DNA of 64,000 bases from Spirochaetes bacterium GWE1_32_154. Lineage in GTDB: Bacteria; Spirochaetota; GWE2-31-10. The position numbers were made by a program, and so were the translations under genes. The stretch is from the NCBI GenBank assembly GCA_001829315.1, contig MIAY01000014.1, forward strand, positions 60,801 through 124,800, given 5' to 3'. Under the pieces are notes generated by a model that was not told the DNA's origin, did not search any database, and saw only the letters and a program-made list of their open reading frames with translations. Position 1 is the first letter of the stretch. Every line of letters starts with the position of its first letter. This document shows positions 1 to 11,500 of the stretch, piece after piece.

Positions 1-524
1 TATTGAACACCTGAAATCGCACTAAATAAAAATAAAATGACCATTGTAAAAAAAAATAGGTAATAAAATTTTTTATTTTTTACTACTATATATAGTATAT
101 AAAAAATCATAATTATACACAATAAAATAATTAGGATATTAAAAATTATTGATGGTTTTATAAACAGAATAATTTTATCTAAATATCGACCATCATCAAA
201 ATCATTGTGATAAATTTGTTTATTTAATTTGTTAAGAAAAAAAATAGTATCTGATTTAAAAGGTGAATAATAAAATGCTTTTTCAAAGTGATAGACAGAT
301 TTGCCGATTCTACCGATTTTATCATATGAATAACCCAGATTATAATTGATTGTGAAGTTATCATACCCTGCAGAAAGTAATGTATTATAAACTATTATTG
401 CATCTGTAAATTTATTATTTGAAAATAATAAATTTGCTTTATCAAATAATTCCTTTTCTGTTTGAGAATAATTAAAAAACAAAATAAATAAAAATATAGA
501 AATTGAGATAATTTTTTTACTCAT
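1..524 (-). CDS. TPR-like membrane protein, partial (start codon at 524..522, runs off the window start); possible Bat-operon BatC/BatE-like component
   Basis: Manual minus-strand translation from ATG at 524 gives MSKKIISISIFLFILFF...TPR-like segment...hydrophobic stretches with no stop before position 1; absent from ORF track because it has no in-window stop; lies 7 bp downstream of batD on the same strand. Confidence 0.4.
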   Translation of the reverse strand, partial: MSKKIISISIFLFILFFNYSQTEKELFDKANLLFSNNKFTDAIIVYNTLLSAGYDNFTINYNLGYSYDKIGRIGKSVYHFEKAFYYSPFKSDTIFFLNKLNKQIYHNDFDDGRYLDKIILFIKPSIIFNILIILLCIIMIFYILYIVVKNKKFYYLFFFTMVILFLFSAISGVQ

Positions 525-530
525 ACAATG

Positions 531-2225
531 TTACTCCAAATGCGATAATATATCAGTACACGTTTTAATAATAACATCTTCAGATATCTTTATACCTGAA
601 AACCGAATATAATCTAAATCAGTAAGAATTTTTTTAATAAATAAAGACATTGTTTCACTGACTTTGTCTTTTAATATCACTTCAATTTCATTACTTTTAA
701 TATTTGAAACATCTAATCCGGATTTAGCTCGAATAAAGTTAATAAGAATTAAGTTAATAGCATCTAATGATTTTGAAGAATCATATTTATGAATATTTTT
801 TTTAATTATTAATAATTCATGTTTTAAAATAATCTCCGGTGACTTTTTTATACATAATGAGGTAATACAAATTAACTTTTTTGAGAAAAAATGTATTAAG
901 AATATAATTATTATAGATATATAAATTAAAATAATTATATAAAAATTATATTGTAAATAATTAACCCTATTTTTCTTTCCCAGAATAGTTGAAATATAAA
1001 ATTTCTTTTCGGGATTTTCAATGATTATTTTATCCTGAATAACAGAATTCTTTTTTACATTACTTACTGACGGATCATCTTTAACATGCAATGTAATTGG
1101 ATCAGGATTAATAGAGATGAAATCTTTTAATTCAGGATCAAAATAAACAAAATCATCAAAAATAATTGTATGAACCCCCGGTTCTTTAGGAAGAATTAAT
1201 ATATCCCAGTTTTTCCTGACTATCTGATTATTATCTTTAACAAGATCACTTTTTGATGAAAATATTTCAATTTCTTTATTAGATCTAAATGGAATATCTT
1301 CAATATTATGAAAATCACCTACTCCTTGTAAAATAAGTTGTAATGTCAAAGGTGAATTCTCGATAATTTCATTTTTATTAATTGTGTAATCTAACTTAAA
1401 TTTGCCAACCCTGATATCTTTATTTACATACTGAGTATCAGGAAGTTTTTTAACAGTTAACACAATTGGTTCGGTTTCTAAAGATACAGGTGTTGAATAA
1501 AATGAGAACATTGAGGATCTGGTAAAAACATAAAAATCCAAGTGTGCTGATTCTAGCTTAAAAACACCAGGTTGATTAATATATACTCTTTTCCTTTCAA
1601 TGAGATACTCATCATATATTTTATTATTAATATTTTTTTTGCCACGATAATCATCTCCGATTTTATTATTTTCAATCCACGTATTTGGAGGAAATTGAAT
1701 TGACGTATAACTATTAAATCTCACTTCGATTGTAGTATAAAAAACAATATCAACATCAACATATTCATTTACATATATAGAATCCTTTGAAACTAATGCT
1801 TGAATCAAATAATCAGGGGAATTTGAAATATTTACAGATGTCTTAGACAAAGACGATTCTATTACTTTAATACTTTTTGATGATATTTCTATTGTTTCGT
1901 TTTTATCACTCAAACGAAAAGGTCCAATGGTATAATTTCCCGGAGAATTGATTGTTATAATATATGAATTTGTTACTGATAAAGATTGAACTCCATTAAT
2001 CAAACTTAAACTCTTTGAAACCCCGGCTTGTTTAATTGATATTGAATCATCTTGCTTCAGTAATTGAATATCAACTTTTGCATTATTCATAACTTCTATA
2101 TCCATTCGAAAAGGAACGCCAACTTCGACCTCATTATCAATATTTAATGTAAAATTATAATCTATACAAAATATTAATTGAGGTAGAAAAAAAATAGTAA
2201 AAAAAATTATCGTAATATTTTTCAC
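531..2225 (-). CDS. batD: BatD-like oxygen-tolerance protein (signal peptide, large beta-rich ectodomain, C-terminal TM anchor)
   Basis: 564 aa ORF; N-terminal signal peptide, C-terminal hydrophobic helix, architecture and operon position typical of BatD. Confidence 0.6.
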   Translation of the reverse strand: MKNITIIFFTIFFLPQLIFCIDYNFTLNIDNEVEVGVPFRMDIEVMNNAKVDIQLLKQDDSISIKQAGVSKSLSLINGVQSLSVTNSYIITINSPGNYTIGPFRLSDKNETIEISSKSIKVIESSLSKTSVNISNSPDYLIQALVSKDSIYVNEYVDVDIVFYTTIEVRFNSYTSIQFPPNTWIENNKIGDDYRGKKNINNKIYDEYLIERKRVYINQPGVFKLESAHLDFYVFTRSSMFSFYSTPVSLETEPIVLTVKKLPDTQYVNKDIRVGKFKLDYTINKNEIIENSPLTLQLILQGVGDFHNIEDIPFRSNKEIEIFSSKSDLVKDNNQIVRKNWDILILPKEPGVHTIIFDDFVYFDPELKDFISINPDPITLHVKDDPSVSNVKKNSVIQDKIIIENPEKKFYISTILGKKNRVNYLQYNFYIIILIYISIIIIFLIHFFSKKLICITSLCIKKSPEIILKHELLIIKKNIHKYDSSKSLDAINLILINFIRAKSGLDVSNIKSNEIEVILKDKVSETMSLFIKKILTDLDYIRFSGIKISEDVIIKTCTDILSHLE

Positions 2226-3970
2226 CAGTAAACACCCCTATCTAATGAAGATTTTTCTTTATTTTGATCAACCACATCTTTCAAATCATTTTTTTCTTTT
2301 TGTTCGAGAGCTTTTAATAATTGATCAAAATTTTCACTTTCTTTTTTTTGTTCATCTGATTTAGAATCTGATTGTTCTTTATCACTTTTATCTTCAGATT
2401 TTTCTTTATCATCATCTTTATTCTCACTATTTTCCTGATTAAGAAACAATTTTGCAATACTATAATTATATCGTGCTTCATCTGTGGGATTGTTTTTCAG
2501 TGATTCTTTAAAATAACTGACAGATTCTTTGATTTTTTTATTTTTGAAATTTATAATACCACGATTATAATAAATATCTGATAATATAAGCTCGTTTTTA
2601 GTATTTTCTATTGCTTTAGCATAGGATTTATCTGCATTCTCAAAATCATTCATTTTTTCAAAAACACTAGCAATATTAAAATGTAACTTAGCAAGATTAT
2701 CCTGTTTAAATGAATTAATTGATCTTGCATATTCTTTTAATGCTTTAGAATAATCTTTTTTATTAAAATAATGATTTCCCAAAAAAGCACCATTTTTATA
2801 TATACTATTCGATAGAGAATTATTTTTAACATTCTCTTGAGATATGAGTTGTAAATTAAATACAAATAAAACTGAAAAAATTAAAATTGTTTTATTAAAT
2901 ATATTACTTAACACCCATCTTTTTTCCTTTTTATATAATTTACCGAGATCTAATAAAAATCCAATACATAAAAAAAAGAGTGCCGGACCAAGAAAAAGAA
3001 TATATTGATCTTTAATTTGCCTGACTTGTTGATTATCTTTCGATGTTCTTTTTATAGCAGAAATAGTATTTATGAAAGTTATAAAATCATCGGAAATTGT
3101 TGAAGCTCGAAAATATGTGCCATTTGAAATAGTTGATAATTCTTTTAAAAAAGACTCATCTAATTTACTAACAACAGGATTTCCTGATCTATCTCTTAAA
3201 TATGATTCAATTTCACCTTTTTCATTTCTAACAGGTACCGGTTGCCCATTCGTTGTTCCAACTCCAACAGTATACACCTTAATTTTTGATTTCTTAATTT
3301 TAGTTATATTTTCTTCTTTGTTTTTTGATAGATCTTCCCCATCAGTTATTAATAAAATCATTTTATCAGATACAGAACTATCATCAAAAAAACTTATTGC
3401 ATCAACTAATCCTTTGCTAATATCTGTACCGCCGGTTCCAATCATACCGGGATGTATAGAATCAATAAAATATGATAAAGCGGAATAATCATGAGTTAAT
3501 GGAACAAGTAACTCTGTTTCAGATGTAAAAACCATTATTCCTATTCTATCGGTCACGCCGGAATCAAGCATTTTATTCAATGTTCTTTTAACAAGTTCAA
3601 GTCTTGTTGGAAAAACATCCGGAACCGACATTGAAACAGAGACATCAATTAAAACCAGAATATCGCGTCCGACTATCTTTTGATTAATTTCCTCAATTCC
3701 CCATTTGGGTCTTGCAACTGACAATACAATAAAAATAAAACCTATTGTGTAAAAAATATTCCTGATCCACTTTTGCCCTTCAGTGAAATATGGAATAATC
3801 ATTTCTTTATTAGCACCTGCAATCTTTTGAGTTCTTTTTCTATACAAAAATATTTCTACAAAAAAAGCAATAAATATAAATGGAAGCATCAGTAATAATA
3901 ATAATAAATGTGAATACTCGAACATTAACCAAGCCTCCTGAAAATAAAAGTATATAAAAATAAACCACAT
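2222..3970 (-). CDS. batB: BatB-like von Willebrand factor A domain membrane protein with C-terminal TPR repeats and acidic low-complexity tail
   Basis: VWA/MIDAS-like motif LVLIDVSVSMS, N-terminal TM helices, TPR-like region, Asp/Glu/Lys/Ser-rich C-terminus; 4 bp overlap with batD; true start may be an internal Met. Confidence 0.7.
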   Translation of the reverse strand: MWFIFIYFYFQEAWLMFEYSHLLLLLLMLPFIFIAFFVEIFLYRKRTQKIAGANKEMIIPYFTEGQKWIRNIFYTIGFIFIVLSVARPKWGIEEINQKIVGRDILVLIDVSVSMSVPDVFPTRLELVKRTLNKMLDSGVTDRIGIMVFTSETELLVPLTHDYSALSYFIDSIHPGMIGTGGTDISKGLVDAISFFDDSSVSDKMILLITDGEDLSKNKEENITKIKKSKIKVYTVGVGTTNGQPVPVRNEKGEIESYLRDRSGNPVVSKLDESFLKELSTISNGTYFRASTISDDFITFINTISAIKRTSKDNQQVRQIKDQYILFLGPALFFLCIGFLLDLGKLYKKEKRWVLSNIFNKTILIFSVLFVFNLQLISQENVKNNSLSNSIYKNGAFLGNHYFNKKDYSKALKEYARSINSFKQDNLAKLHFNIASVFEKMNDFENADKSYAKAIENTKNELILSDIYYNRGIINFKNKKIKESVSYFKESLKNNPTDEARYNYSIAKLFLNQENSENKDDDKEKSEDKSDKEQSDSKSDEQKKESENFDQLLKALEQKEKNDLKDVVDQNKEKSSLDRGVYW

Positions 3971-4887
3971 AAAAAAAATATAATACCGAAAATTGAAATT
4001 ATATAACCGATATTTTTAAAATTTGTAAATTCTATGGTATTAAGAGTTTGTTTTTCAAGAGTATCAATAGTATCAAATGTTGTTTTTATTTCATTTGAAT
4101 TCCTCGCAAAGAAAAATTCACCGCTTGTTTGTTCTGCAATATTTTTTAATAAAGACATATCCAATTCTTCAGCAGTACCAATACCAATTGTGTATATTTT
4201 TATTGCAGATTTCTTTGCAATTTCTGTAGCTGTTTGAGGAGTTATTTCCCCTGAATTATTTTCACCATCAGTAATTAAAATTATTATTTTCGATTGATTT
4301 TCCAGGTTATCCTTTATACTTAATAAACGATTTACTCCACTTGCTAAACCTAATCCGATAGATGTAGAACCTTGTTTTTCCGGTGAAATAAAAATTCTAC
4401 TCAATATATCCTTCAGTAACTTATAATTATTAGTAGCCGGAGCTTTCAAAAATGAATTCGTAGAAAATGTTACTAAACCTAACCTGTCACCATGCCTTTT
4501 ATCAACAAAATTAGAAGTTACAAGTTTTGCAACATCCAATCGTGTATAATTACCATAATCTTTAGTTAACATACTCGGAGAAACATCTAAAACTAACATA
4601 ATATCAATCCCGCTATATTGAGTAATTTCTCTTTTAGCTCCGGATTGCGGTTTTGATAAACTGAAAGCAATTAAAAAAAGTCCAAGAAACAGTAGAACAA
4701 CTGATAAATAATGAAACAGTATCTTGTAAGAAAAATCACGCTTTAAACTACTGATTTCAGATAAAAAAACACCTTTTTTAATAACTCTACTGGAAATAAA
4801 ATAATAAGTCAGCAATAAAACCGGAAGTAACAGATATAATAATCCGGGTAAATTATCGAATCGTATTGAGCTCATTTTCCCTCTCAT
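3925..4887 (-). CDS. batA: BatA-like von Willebrand factor A domain membrane protein
   Basis: 320 aa; two N-terminal TM helices, VWA motif IMLVLDVSPSM, C-terminal TM; operon context. Confidence 0.7.
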   Translation of the reverse strand: MRGKMSSIRFDNLPGLLYLLLPVLLLTYYFISSRVIKKGVFLSEISSLKRDFSYKILFHYLSVVLLFLGLFLIAFSLSKPQSGAKREITQYSGIDIMLVLDVSPSMLTKDYGNYTRLDVAKLVTSNFVDKRHGDRLGLVTFSTNSFLKAPATNNYKLLKDILSRIFISPEKQGSTSIGLGLASGVNRLLSIKDNLENQSKIIILITDGENNSGEITPQTATEIAKKSAIKIYTIGIGTAEELDMSLLKNIAEQTSGEFFFARNSNEIKTTFDTIDTLEKQTLNTIEFTNFKNIGYIISIFGIIFFLCGLFLYTFIFRRLG

Positions 4888-5815
4888 TCTTTAATTTTAC
4901 AAAATTATTTATATTCACCCCAATATCTTTAATTGAATCAATATATTCATAAAACTGTTCTTTTGTAACCGATGCTTTAGCAAATTTTATCATATCCAGT
5001 TTATTTAAAATAGTACTTGTTTTGTATATTAATTCATTTTCAACTTGAGATTCACGTAAAGATGAAATAAGTTCTCTTGTTGTTTCTGAAACAGCATTAA
5101 ATGCTAATAATCGATATATAAACTCTTTAAATGTTTCTGATAAAACGGATATTTTCATCTCATATTCTTTTCTGTCTTCAGTTTCTAATCGTATTTTTTC
5201 AAGATCAGAAATAAATTTTTCAAATGAAGATATTGCATTAGAACTATCTTTATTTTTTTTACTCTTTATTAATCTTTTAATAATAAATTTATATACAATT
5301 AAAATAATAAATACGATTAATATGACAATAAAAATTAATAACAAAATATTTTCAAAATAAAATCTGAATTTATATATATCTTTATTGTTCTTTAATTCAA
5401 TTTTTTCAGGTTCTTTGATTTTTGAAAATGCGGTTTTCTCATCCTCAGTTAATACTGATTCGATTATAATTGTAAATTTCTTTGTTTCATATTCAATTAC
5501 AGTTCCACTTGATAATGAAACAGGAATTGTGAAAAATAAATTATCAAATGTACCGTCTTCAAAAATAGCACAAATATAAGTACACTGAATTGTATCATTT
5601 GATTGAACATAGGTTGAAGAAACAATCTCAAGAGGAGCTGTTACTTTCTGAATTTCTTTTAAAACAGAATATTTTTCTTGTACCGGTAAATTAAATGTAA
5701 CGGTAAATTTATCACCTATTTTTAAATTTGTCTGTGAAATATTGATATCAATTGAAGTATTAGAATAAATAAGAACATTTATAAAAATGAACAAAAAAAT
5801 AATTATATTTTTCAT
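4853..5815 (-). CDS. Hypothetical membrane protein of the MoxR/Bat operon (occupies the position usually held by a DUF4381-type protein)
   Basis: 320 aa ORF with signal peptide and one internal TM helix; overlaps both neighbours; family assignment is by position only. Confidence 0.5.
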   Translation of the reverse strand: MKNIIIFLFIFINVLIYSNTSIDINISQTNLKIGDKFTVTFNLPVQEKYSVLKEIQKVTAPLEIVSSTYVQSNDTIQCTYICAIFEDGTFDNLFFTIPVSLSSGTVIEYETKKFTIIIESVLTEDEKTAFSKIKEPEKIELKNNKDIYKFRFYFENILLLIFIVILIVFIILIVYKFIIKRLIKSKKNKDSSNAISSFEKFISDLEKIRLETEDRKEYEMKISVLSETFKEFIYRLLAFNAVSETTRELISSLRESQVENELIYKTSTILNKLDMIKFAKASVTKEQFYEYIDSIKDIGVNINNFVKLKNERENELNTIR

Positions 5816-6705
5816 TTTCGAATTTTTTTCCTTTTTTCAAAATATGAAATGATTGCTTTCTCAGTGTTTTCATTGGTATTAATAATAAGCGGTGTTATAT
5901 TATTTTTTTTAAATTCCTGCAAAATTGCTTCTCTTTTTTCAATTCTATTTCTTATCATTTTTTTATAGGATGCTGAGCTTGTGTCAATTAGCATTCTTTT
6001 ACCATTTTCATTGTCAATTGCATCAACTAATCCGACATTGATTTCTGAAAATTCAAATACATCATTAATTATAACTGGAATTAAGTCATGTTTTCTTGAT
6101 AAGATATACAATTTTGAGCTGTCTATCTCAGAAAAAAAATCAGAAAATAAAAAAATAACACCCTTTCGTTTCATTGTTTTCAGCGTAAAATCAAAAGCCC
6201 CATTAATATCAGTTAACAGCCCCTTTGGTTTGTAAAACAAAATATCTCTTATAAGACGCAATATTGAATTCTTATTTTTTGTAGGCGGAATATACTCTTC
6301 AATTTCATTTGTAAAAAAAACAGCACCGATTTTATCCTGATTAAATAAACCTGTAAATGATAAAATTGCTGCAGTTTCCAGAAGAATATCTTTTTTTAAT
6401 TTTAATCCTGAACCATATTTTAAAGAACCTGATAAATCAAGAAGCATAAGCACATTAAGTTCTCTTTCTTCCTTATATCTTTTTATATAAGGAACTCCAT
6501 GGCGTGCAGTAACATTCCAATCTATTTTTCTTACATCATCACCTGGAATATATTCTCTTACTTCCTGAAATTCAATTCCCTGTCCTTTAAAAACTGAAGA
6601 ATAACCGCCGGAAGAAACATCAGCAACAAGTACACCTGCTTTCAACTCTATTCTTTTAATTCTTTTTAAAAGCTCAGGGGGTATTTTGTCATTTTCATTT
6701 TTCAT
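5812..6705 (-). CDS. DUF58 family protein (MoxR-associated VWA-like)
   Basis: 297 aa; motifs VREYIPGDDVRKIDWNVTAR and LLDLSGSL typical of DUF58 proteins encoded next to MoxR ATPases. Confidence 0.75.
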   Translation of the reverse strand: MKNENDKIPPELLKRIKRIELKAGVLVADVSSGGYSSVFKGQGIEFQEVREYIPGDDVRKIDWNVTARHGVPYIKRYKEERELNVLMLLDLSGSLKYGSGLKLKKDILLETAAILSFTGLFNQDKIGAVFFTNEIEEYIPPTKNKNSILRLIRDILFYKPKGLLTDINGAFDFTLKTMKRKGVIFLFSDFFSEIDSSKLYILSRKHDLIPVIINDVFEFSEINVGLVDAIDNENGKRMLIDTSSASYKKMIRNRIEKREAILQEFKKNNITPLIINTNENTEKAIISYFEKRKKIRK

Positions 6706-7691
6706 TATGGAACCACTACCGAATTAAAAATTTGTTTAATAATATCTTCCGATGTAACACCCTCAGCTTCTGCTTCATAACTCAAAATTAATCGATGTCT
6801 TAAAACCATCAGGCTTACATTTTTTATATCATCTGCTGTTACAAAACCTCTTCCATTTAATATGGCAATCCCTTTTGCTGCTCTTGCCAGGAAAATACTG
6901 GCTCGCGGTGAAGCAGGATAATTAATTAAACTTTGTATTTTCAAACCATACTCAGAAGGATTTCTTGTTGAATCTACTATATCAACAATGTATGATTTTA
7001 TTCTATCACTTATGTAAACGTCATTTATCAAATTTGATAATTCAATTATTTTATTCTGATCGATAACCTGGTTTATTGAAATTTCTTTATTACTTATCAT
7101 TCTATCGAGTATTACTTTCTCTTCATCTTTTGTCGGATACGTTATTTTTATCTTCATCATAAATCTATCGATCTGAGCTTCAGGTAAATTATAAGTTCCT
7201 TCCTGATCAATAGGATTTTGTGTTGCCATAACAAGAAATGGAGAAGGTAAAGCATATGTAACATCACCCAAAGTGACCTTTTTCTCTTGCATAGACTCTA
7301 ATAAAGCTGATTGAACCTTTGCAGGGGCTCTGTTTATTTCATCAGCAAGTATAATATTGGCAAAAACTGGTCCTTTTTTAGGCTGAAAATCACCGGTTTT
7401 CTGATTATAAATTAATGTACCGATAATATCAGATGGCAGCAAGTCAGGAGTAAATTGTATTCTTTTAAAGTCTAATTTAACAGCTTTTGATAGAGTGCTT
7501 ACCGCTAATGTTTTTGCAAGACCGGGTACACCTTCGACAAGTATATGCCCACCGGTAATTAAACCGATTAATAAACCGTCCAGCATTTCATTTTGACCGA
7601 CAATAACTTTCTTTAACTCATTTTTTAAAGTTTCAATTAAAGGTAATTCCTTTTCTACTTTTGTTTGAATCTCTTGTACTTGTAAATCCAT
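6705..7691 (-). CDS. moxR: MoxR-family AAA+ ATPase
   Basis: 328 aa; Walker A GVPGLAKT, MoxR-type sensor motifs, typical length. Confidence 0.9.
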   Translation of the reverse strand: MDLQVQEIQTKVEKELPLIETLKNELKKVIVGQNEMLDGLLIGLITGGHILVEGVPGLAKTLAVSTLSKAVKLDFKRIQFTPDLLPSDIIGTLIYNQKTGDFQPKKGPVFANIILADEINRAPAKVQSALLESMQEKKVTLGDVTYALPSPFLVMATQNPIDQEGTYNLPEAQIDRFMMKIKITYPTKDEEKVILDRMISNKEISINQVIDQNKIIELSNLINDVYISDRIKSYIVDIVDSTRNPSEYGLKIQSLINYPASPRASIFLARAAKGIAILNGRGFVTADDIKNVSLMVLRHRLILSYEAEAEGVTSEDIIKQIFNSVVVP

Positions 7692-7927
7692 TTTTTAACA
7701 CCTGTTCATTAGTAAAATTAATTATTACAATAATACATTTACGTTGTATGGTAAATATATATTTCATAATATAACACTTTAAACTGTTGTTTTACGAAGT
7801 GCTTTTACATAACTTTTACACAGACACGTTAATACAAATCAAAAGAAGCATATGCAAAAATTTGATTTAAAAAATAAATCTTTTATCATTAATTTAAATT
7901 TATATTCAATAAATTGGATAATGTGAT

Positions 7928-8539
7928 ATGATTAAATCTCATAAAAAAATATTAACTGGAGTATTTAGTTTGACTTTAACCTCTTTTAGAAAAAATTTAA
8001 TATTAGATTTTTTATTAATTCTTTTATCATTTTTTATTTCGATTTTAGTATATAACGCTAATTCAGTACTTTTCGAAAAATCTATTTCAAAAAAAGTAAT
8101 AGACACTTTGATAAAAGACAGTTCAATACCCAATGTTCCGGGTAACATTATAGATATTGTATGGGTAACAAAAGATTTTGAAAACTGGTTACCTTATTTT
8201 TATAATACAAATAAATATAAAAATTCTACACTATTTAAAAGCATGCATCCTAATATTCATTCAAAAACAATTAAATCAATTACCATTAATAAAAATAATG
8301 TAATTTTTACTGTGTGGATTAACAAAAATTCAGCAAGTGTTATTTTTAAATACTTAATTATCCCTTTTTTACTTTTAATTCTATTTTTATTCATTGTTAA
8401 ATTATTCTTTACATGGACTCTACAATTACTTAATATCCATTCTTTACCAGTTGAAAACATAGAAGAAACTAATAGTGACGGGCGAAAACCGTATGATTTA
8501 ACAAATGATGAAATAGAAGGTTTAATAGGTCATAAATAA
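7928..8539 (+). CDS. Hypothetical membrane protein
   Basis: 203 aa ORF with two predicted TM helices, divergent from moxR operon; no recognisable domain. Confidence 0.4.
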   Translation: MIKSHKKILTGVFSLTLTSFRKNLILDFLLILLSFFISILVYNANSVLFEKSISKKVIDTLIKDSSIPNVPGNIIDIVWVTKDFENWLPYFYNTNKYKNSTLFKSMHPNIHSKTIKSITINKNNVIFTVWINKNSASVIFKYLIIPFLLLILFLFIVKLFFTWTLQLLNIHSLPVENIEETNSDGRKPYDLTNDEIEGLIGHK

Positions 8540-8548
8540 TTAAATTAT

Positions 8549-9286
8549 TTATTTGTGAAGAAAATCTAAAACATCTTGAGAATTATATGAGTATTTTTTT
8601 TGCCAGTCATTTTCTGAAACAAAATGACCATATTCTTTAAGCATTTGCAAATAATCAGTTCGTTCAATTGTAACAGCACCAAAACGCTCAAGGTTTGCAG
8701 TATACACCTGACAATCTATTAACTTATAACCGGCATTAAAAAGCATTGAAGCTAACGCTATAAAACCGACTTTTGATGCATCATCAACTAACGAAAACAT
8801 TGACTCACCACAGAATATTTTTCCGACTGCTACTCCATACAATCCTCCACATAATCTATCATTGCTCCAAACCTCTACAGAATGTGCATACCCGGATTTA
8901 TGCAATGCAGTATAATGCTTAATAATATCAGATGTAATCCATGTACCATTTTGAGAAGGTCTTGAAATGAAACTGCATTGTTCGATTACTTCTTTGAAAT
9001 TGGCATCTACCGTAACGGTAAAAATATTTTTCTTAATCGTTTTAAGCAGTGATTTACTGCAATGAAGGGAATCAGGAAACAAAACAAAACGCTCAAAGGG
9101 CGAATACCACTGAACAGGAGGATGTGAATACCAGGGAAATATCCCTTTAGAATATGCATCCAGGAGAATTTCTTTTGAAATTCTCCCCCCGACTGCTATG
9201 ATATCTGAAGAAATATTTTCAGGATAGGGTAATTGTTGAGTAAGAGAATCAAGAAAAAGAATATTATTATACGTGAATGTTGACAA
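8549..9286 (-). CDS. aat: Leucyl/phenylalanyl-tRNA--protein transferase
   Basis: 245 aa; motifs FPWYS, GGLYGVAVGKIFCGESMFS; immediately downstream of clpA as in many Gram-negatives. Confidence 0.85.
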   Translation of the reverse strand: MSTFTYNNILFLDSLTQQLPYPENISSDIIAVGGRISKEILLDAYSKGIFPWYSHPPVQWYSPFERFVLFPDSLHCSKSLLKTIKKNIFTVTVDANFKEVIEQCSFISRPSQNGTWITSDIIKHYTALHKSGYAHSVEVWSNDRLCGGLYGVAVGKIFCGESMFSLVDDASKVGFIALASMLFNAGYKLIDCQVYTANLERFGAVTIERTDYLQMLKEYGHFVSENDWQKKYSYNSQDVLDFLHK

Positions 9287-11500
9287 TTAACTGTTCTCCA
9301 AAACAATTTTATTATCAACAAGTTTTATTGTTATATTTTTAAGATTACTTTCAATTTCATTAAAAAGCACCAGATCAATTAATTTGTCTTTTATTTCATT
9401 TTGAAAAACCCGTGTTATTTCTCTTGCACCAAATTCATTTGAATACCCTTTATCAGCAATCCAATTAATTACTTCTTCTGTTAACAGAAGATTAAAATTT
9501 TTGTTTTCAAGCGACTTCTGAAATAATGAAATTTCTTTATGAACAATTTTTAATATCTCATCTTTATGTAAAGCATTAAATTTAACAATACTGTCAATTC
9601 TATTTCTAAACTCAGGCGTAAATACATCCTTTAAAGCATCATTTATAGCATAATCTTTACTTTTCTCAGAACTACCGAAACCTATAAATGCCTTTCCAAT
9701 ATCTTTAGCACCGGCATTTGATGTCATAATAATTATGACATTTCTAAAATCAGCCTTTCGCCCCTGATTATCGGTAACAGTTGCATAATCCATGATTTGT
9801 AATAATGTATTAAAAATATCTTTATGCGCTTTTTCAATTTCATCAAGCAGTAGAACCGAATGCGGATTTTTTCTTATCTGATCGGTCAGTAACCCACCAT
9901 CTTCGTATCCGACATACCCTGGGGGTGACCCAATTAAACGGGAAACAGTATGTTTTTCCTGATATTCACTCATATCAAATCGAAGTAAAGGAACACCAAG
10001 ATGAACAGATAATTGTTTTGCCAGTTCTGTTTTCCCCACCCCGGTCGGCCCTACAAATAATAATGATGCAATTGGTTTTGTCCCCTCTTTAAAACCTGCA
10101 CGGGACCTTTTTATAGCATGAACCATAGTTTCAATTGCCTCATTCTGCCCAAATAAAACCGATTGTAAATACGATGATAAATCTTTAAGCTTTAAGCGTT
10201 CATCATTACCCATTGTTTCAACCGGAATATTAGCTATTAAGGATATAACTTTTTCTATATCAGTTTTTGTAATATTTATTGTTGTATTATCTTTCTTCAA
10301 TAAATGTGTCAGAGCACCAGCTTCATCAAGTACGTCAATTGCTTTATCCGGTAATTTTCTTTCATTTATGTATTTGTATGATAACTCAACGCATGAGCGA
10401 ATCGCTTCATCATCATAAACTACTGAATGATGTTTTTCATACAATTCTTTAAGCCCGTACAGAATTTTTACTGCAGTCTCAATATCAGGTTCTTTAATTT
10501 CTATTTTTTGAAATCGCCGTGTTAATGCTCTATCCTTTTCAAAATATTTATTATACTCTTCATACGTCGTAGAACCAATACATCTGATATCGCCTGAAGA
10601 AAGAAATGGTTTTAAAATATTTGAAGCATCCATTGATCCACCCGATACGGCACCAGCTCCTACAACAGTATGAATCTCATCAATAAACAGGATAACTTTT
10701 CCTGCCTTAACCGCTTCATTTAGAACAGATTTTAATCGTTCTTCAAAGTCCCCCCTGTATTTTGTTCCCGCTAATAAAGATCCCATATCAACAGAATATA
10801 TTGTAAACCCCTTAATTATATCAGGCACTTCGTTTTTTGAAATTAAATCAGCCAAACCATTTGCTATTGCAGTTTTACCGACCCCCGGATCACCTACAAG
10901 AATCGGATTGTTTTTTGATCTCCGGCATAACACATGAATTACTCTTTGTATTACATCTTCACGACCGATTAGCGGATCAAACGTATGTAAAGCAGCTTGC
11001 GCAGTTAAATCAACACAAAATTTTTGCAAAGCTGTTTCTTTTTTCTTATTTTCAGAACTATTATCTTGAGTCTCAATATTTCCAATGGCCAGTTCGCGTA
11101 ATAAATCCAATAAAGCAACACCATTTTTCTTCAAATAATATGATGCATACGATTGTTCAAGATTATATATTGAAACAAGATAATCGCTCACTTCAATACT
11201 ATTTTTAGCGGCTGACAAACAATGTGCATACGCATCATTAAGTGCTAACACAACATCATTACTTTGAATTGGTTCTTTTTTTCTGTTATAAAGTTTCGGG
11301 ATTTTACTATCAAAAAAATCCTGCAGTGCTGATACAATACCTTCACAATCTCCGCCAATTGAAAGAATAATTTCCTGATAATTTTTAATTTGAAGGATCA
11401 GAAATAAAATATGCTCAGGGGTTACATACTCATGCTTATTATCCTGGGCAAATTTGTAAGCTTTATCAAAAATATCATTAAGCTCTTGTTGAATTTTCAT
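9287..11500 (-). CDS. clpA: ATP-dependent Clp protease ATP-binding subunit ClpA
   Basis: 737 aa; two AAA modules ([10 protein letters not shown] and GPTGVGKTE), ClpA-type N-domain; follows clpS. Confidence 0.92.
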   Translation of the reverse strand: MKIQQELNDIFDKAYKFAQDNKHEYVTPEHILFLILQIKNYQEIILSIGGDCEGIVSALQDFFDSKIPKLYNRKKEPIQSNDVVLALNDAYAHCLSAAKNSIEVSDYLVSIYNLEQSYASYYLKKNGVALLDLLRELAIGNIETQDNSSENKKKETALQKFCVDLTAQAALHTFDPLIGREDVIQRVIHVLCRRSKNNPILVGDPGVGKTAIANGLADLISKNEVPDIIKGFTIYSVDMGSLLAGTKYRGDFEERLKSVLNEAVKAGKVILFIDEIHTVVGAGAVSGGSMDASNILKPFLSSGDIRCIGSTTYEEYNKYFEKDRALTRRFQKIEIKEPDIETAVKILYGLKELYEKHHSVVYDDEAIRSCVELSYKYINERKLPDKAIDVLDEAGALTHLLKKDNTTINITKTDIEKVISLIANIPVETMGNDERLKLKDLSSYLQSVLFGQNEAIETMVHAIKRSRAGFKEGTKPIASLLFVGPTGVGKTELAKQLSVHLGVPLLRFDMSEYQEKHTVSRLIGSPPGYVGYEDGGLLTDQIRKNPHSVLLLDEIEKAHKDIFNTLLQIMDYATVTDNQGRKADFRNVIIIMTSNAGAKDIGKAFIGFGSSEKSKDYAINDALKDVFTPEFRNRIDSIVKFNALHKDEILKIVHKEISLFQKSLENKNFNLLLTEEVINWIADKGYSNEFGAREITRVFQNEIKDKLIDLVLFNEIESNLKNITIKLVDNKIVLENS

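Noticed and set aside
10837-11208. 123-aa ORF antisense to clpA, and similar antisense or same-locus ORFs inside batB (3072-3488), batA (4034-4237), lon (17137-17385, 17745-18264, 18991-19341), mnmG (26475-26861), rlmN/TPR and others
   Set aside because: Each is fully embedded in a longer ORF with clear conserved-domain content on the other strand or frame; typical spurious frames.
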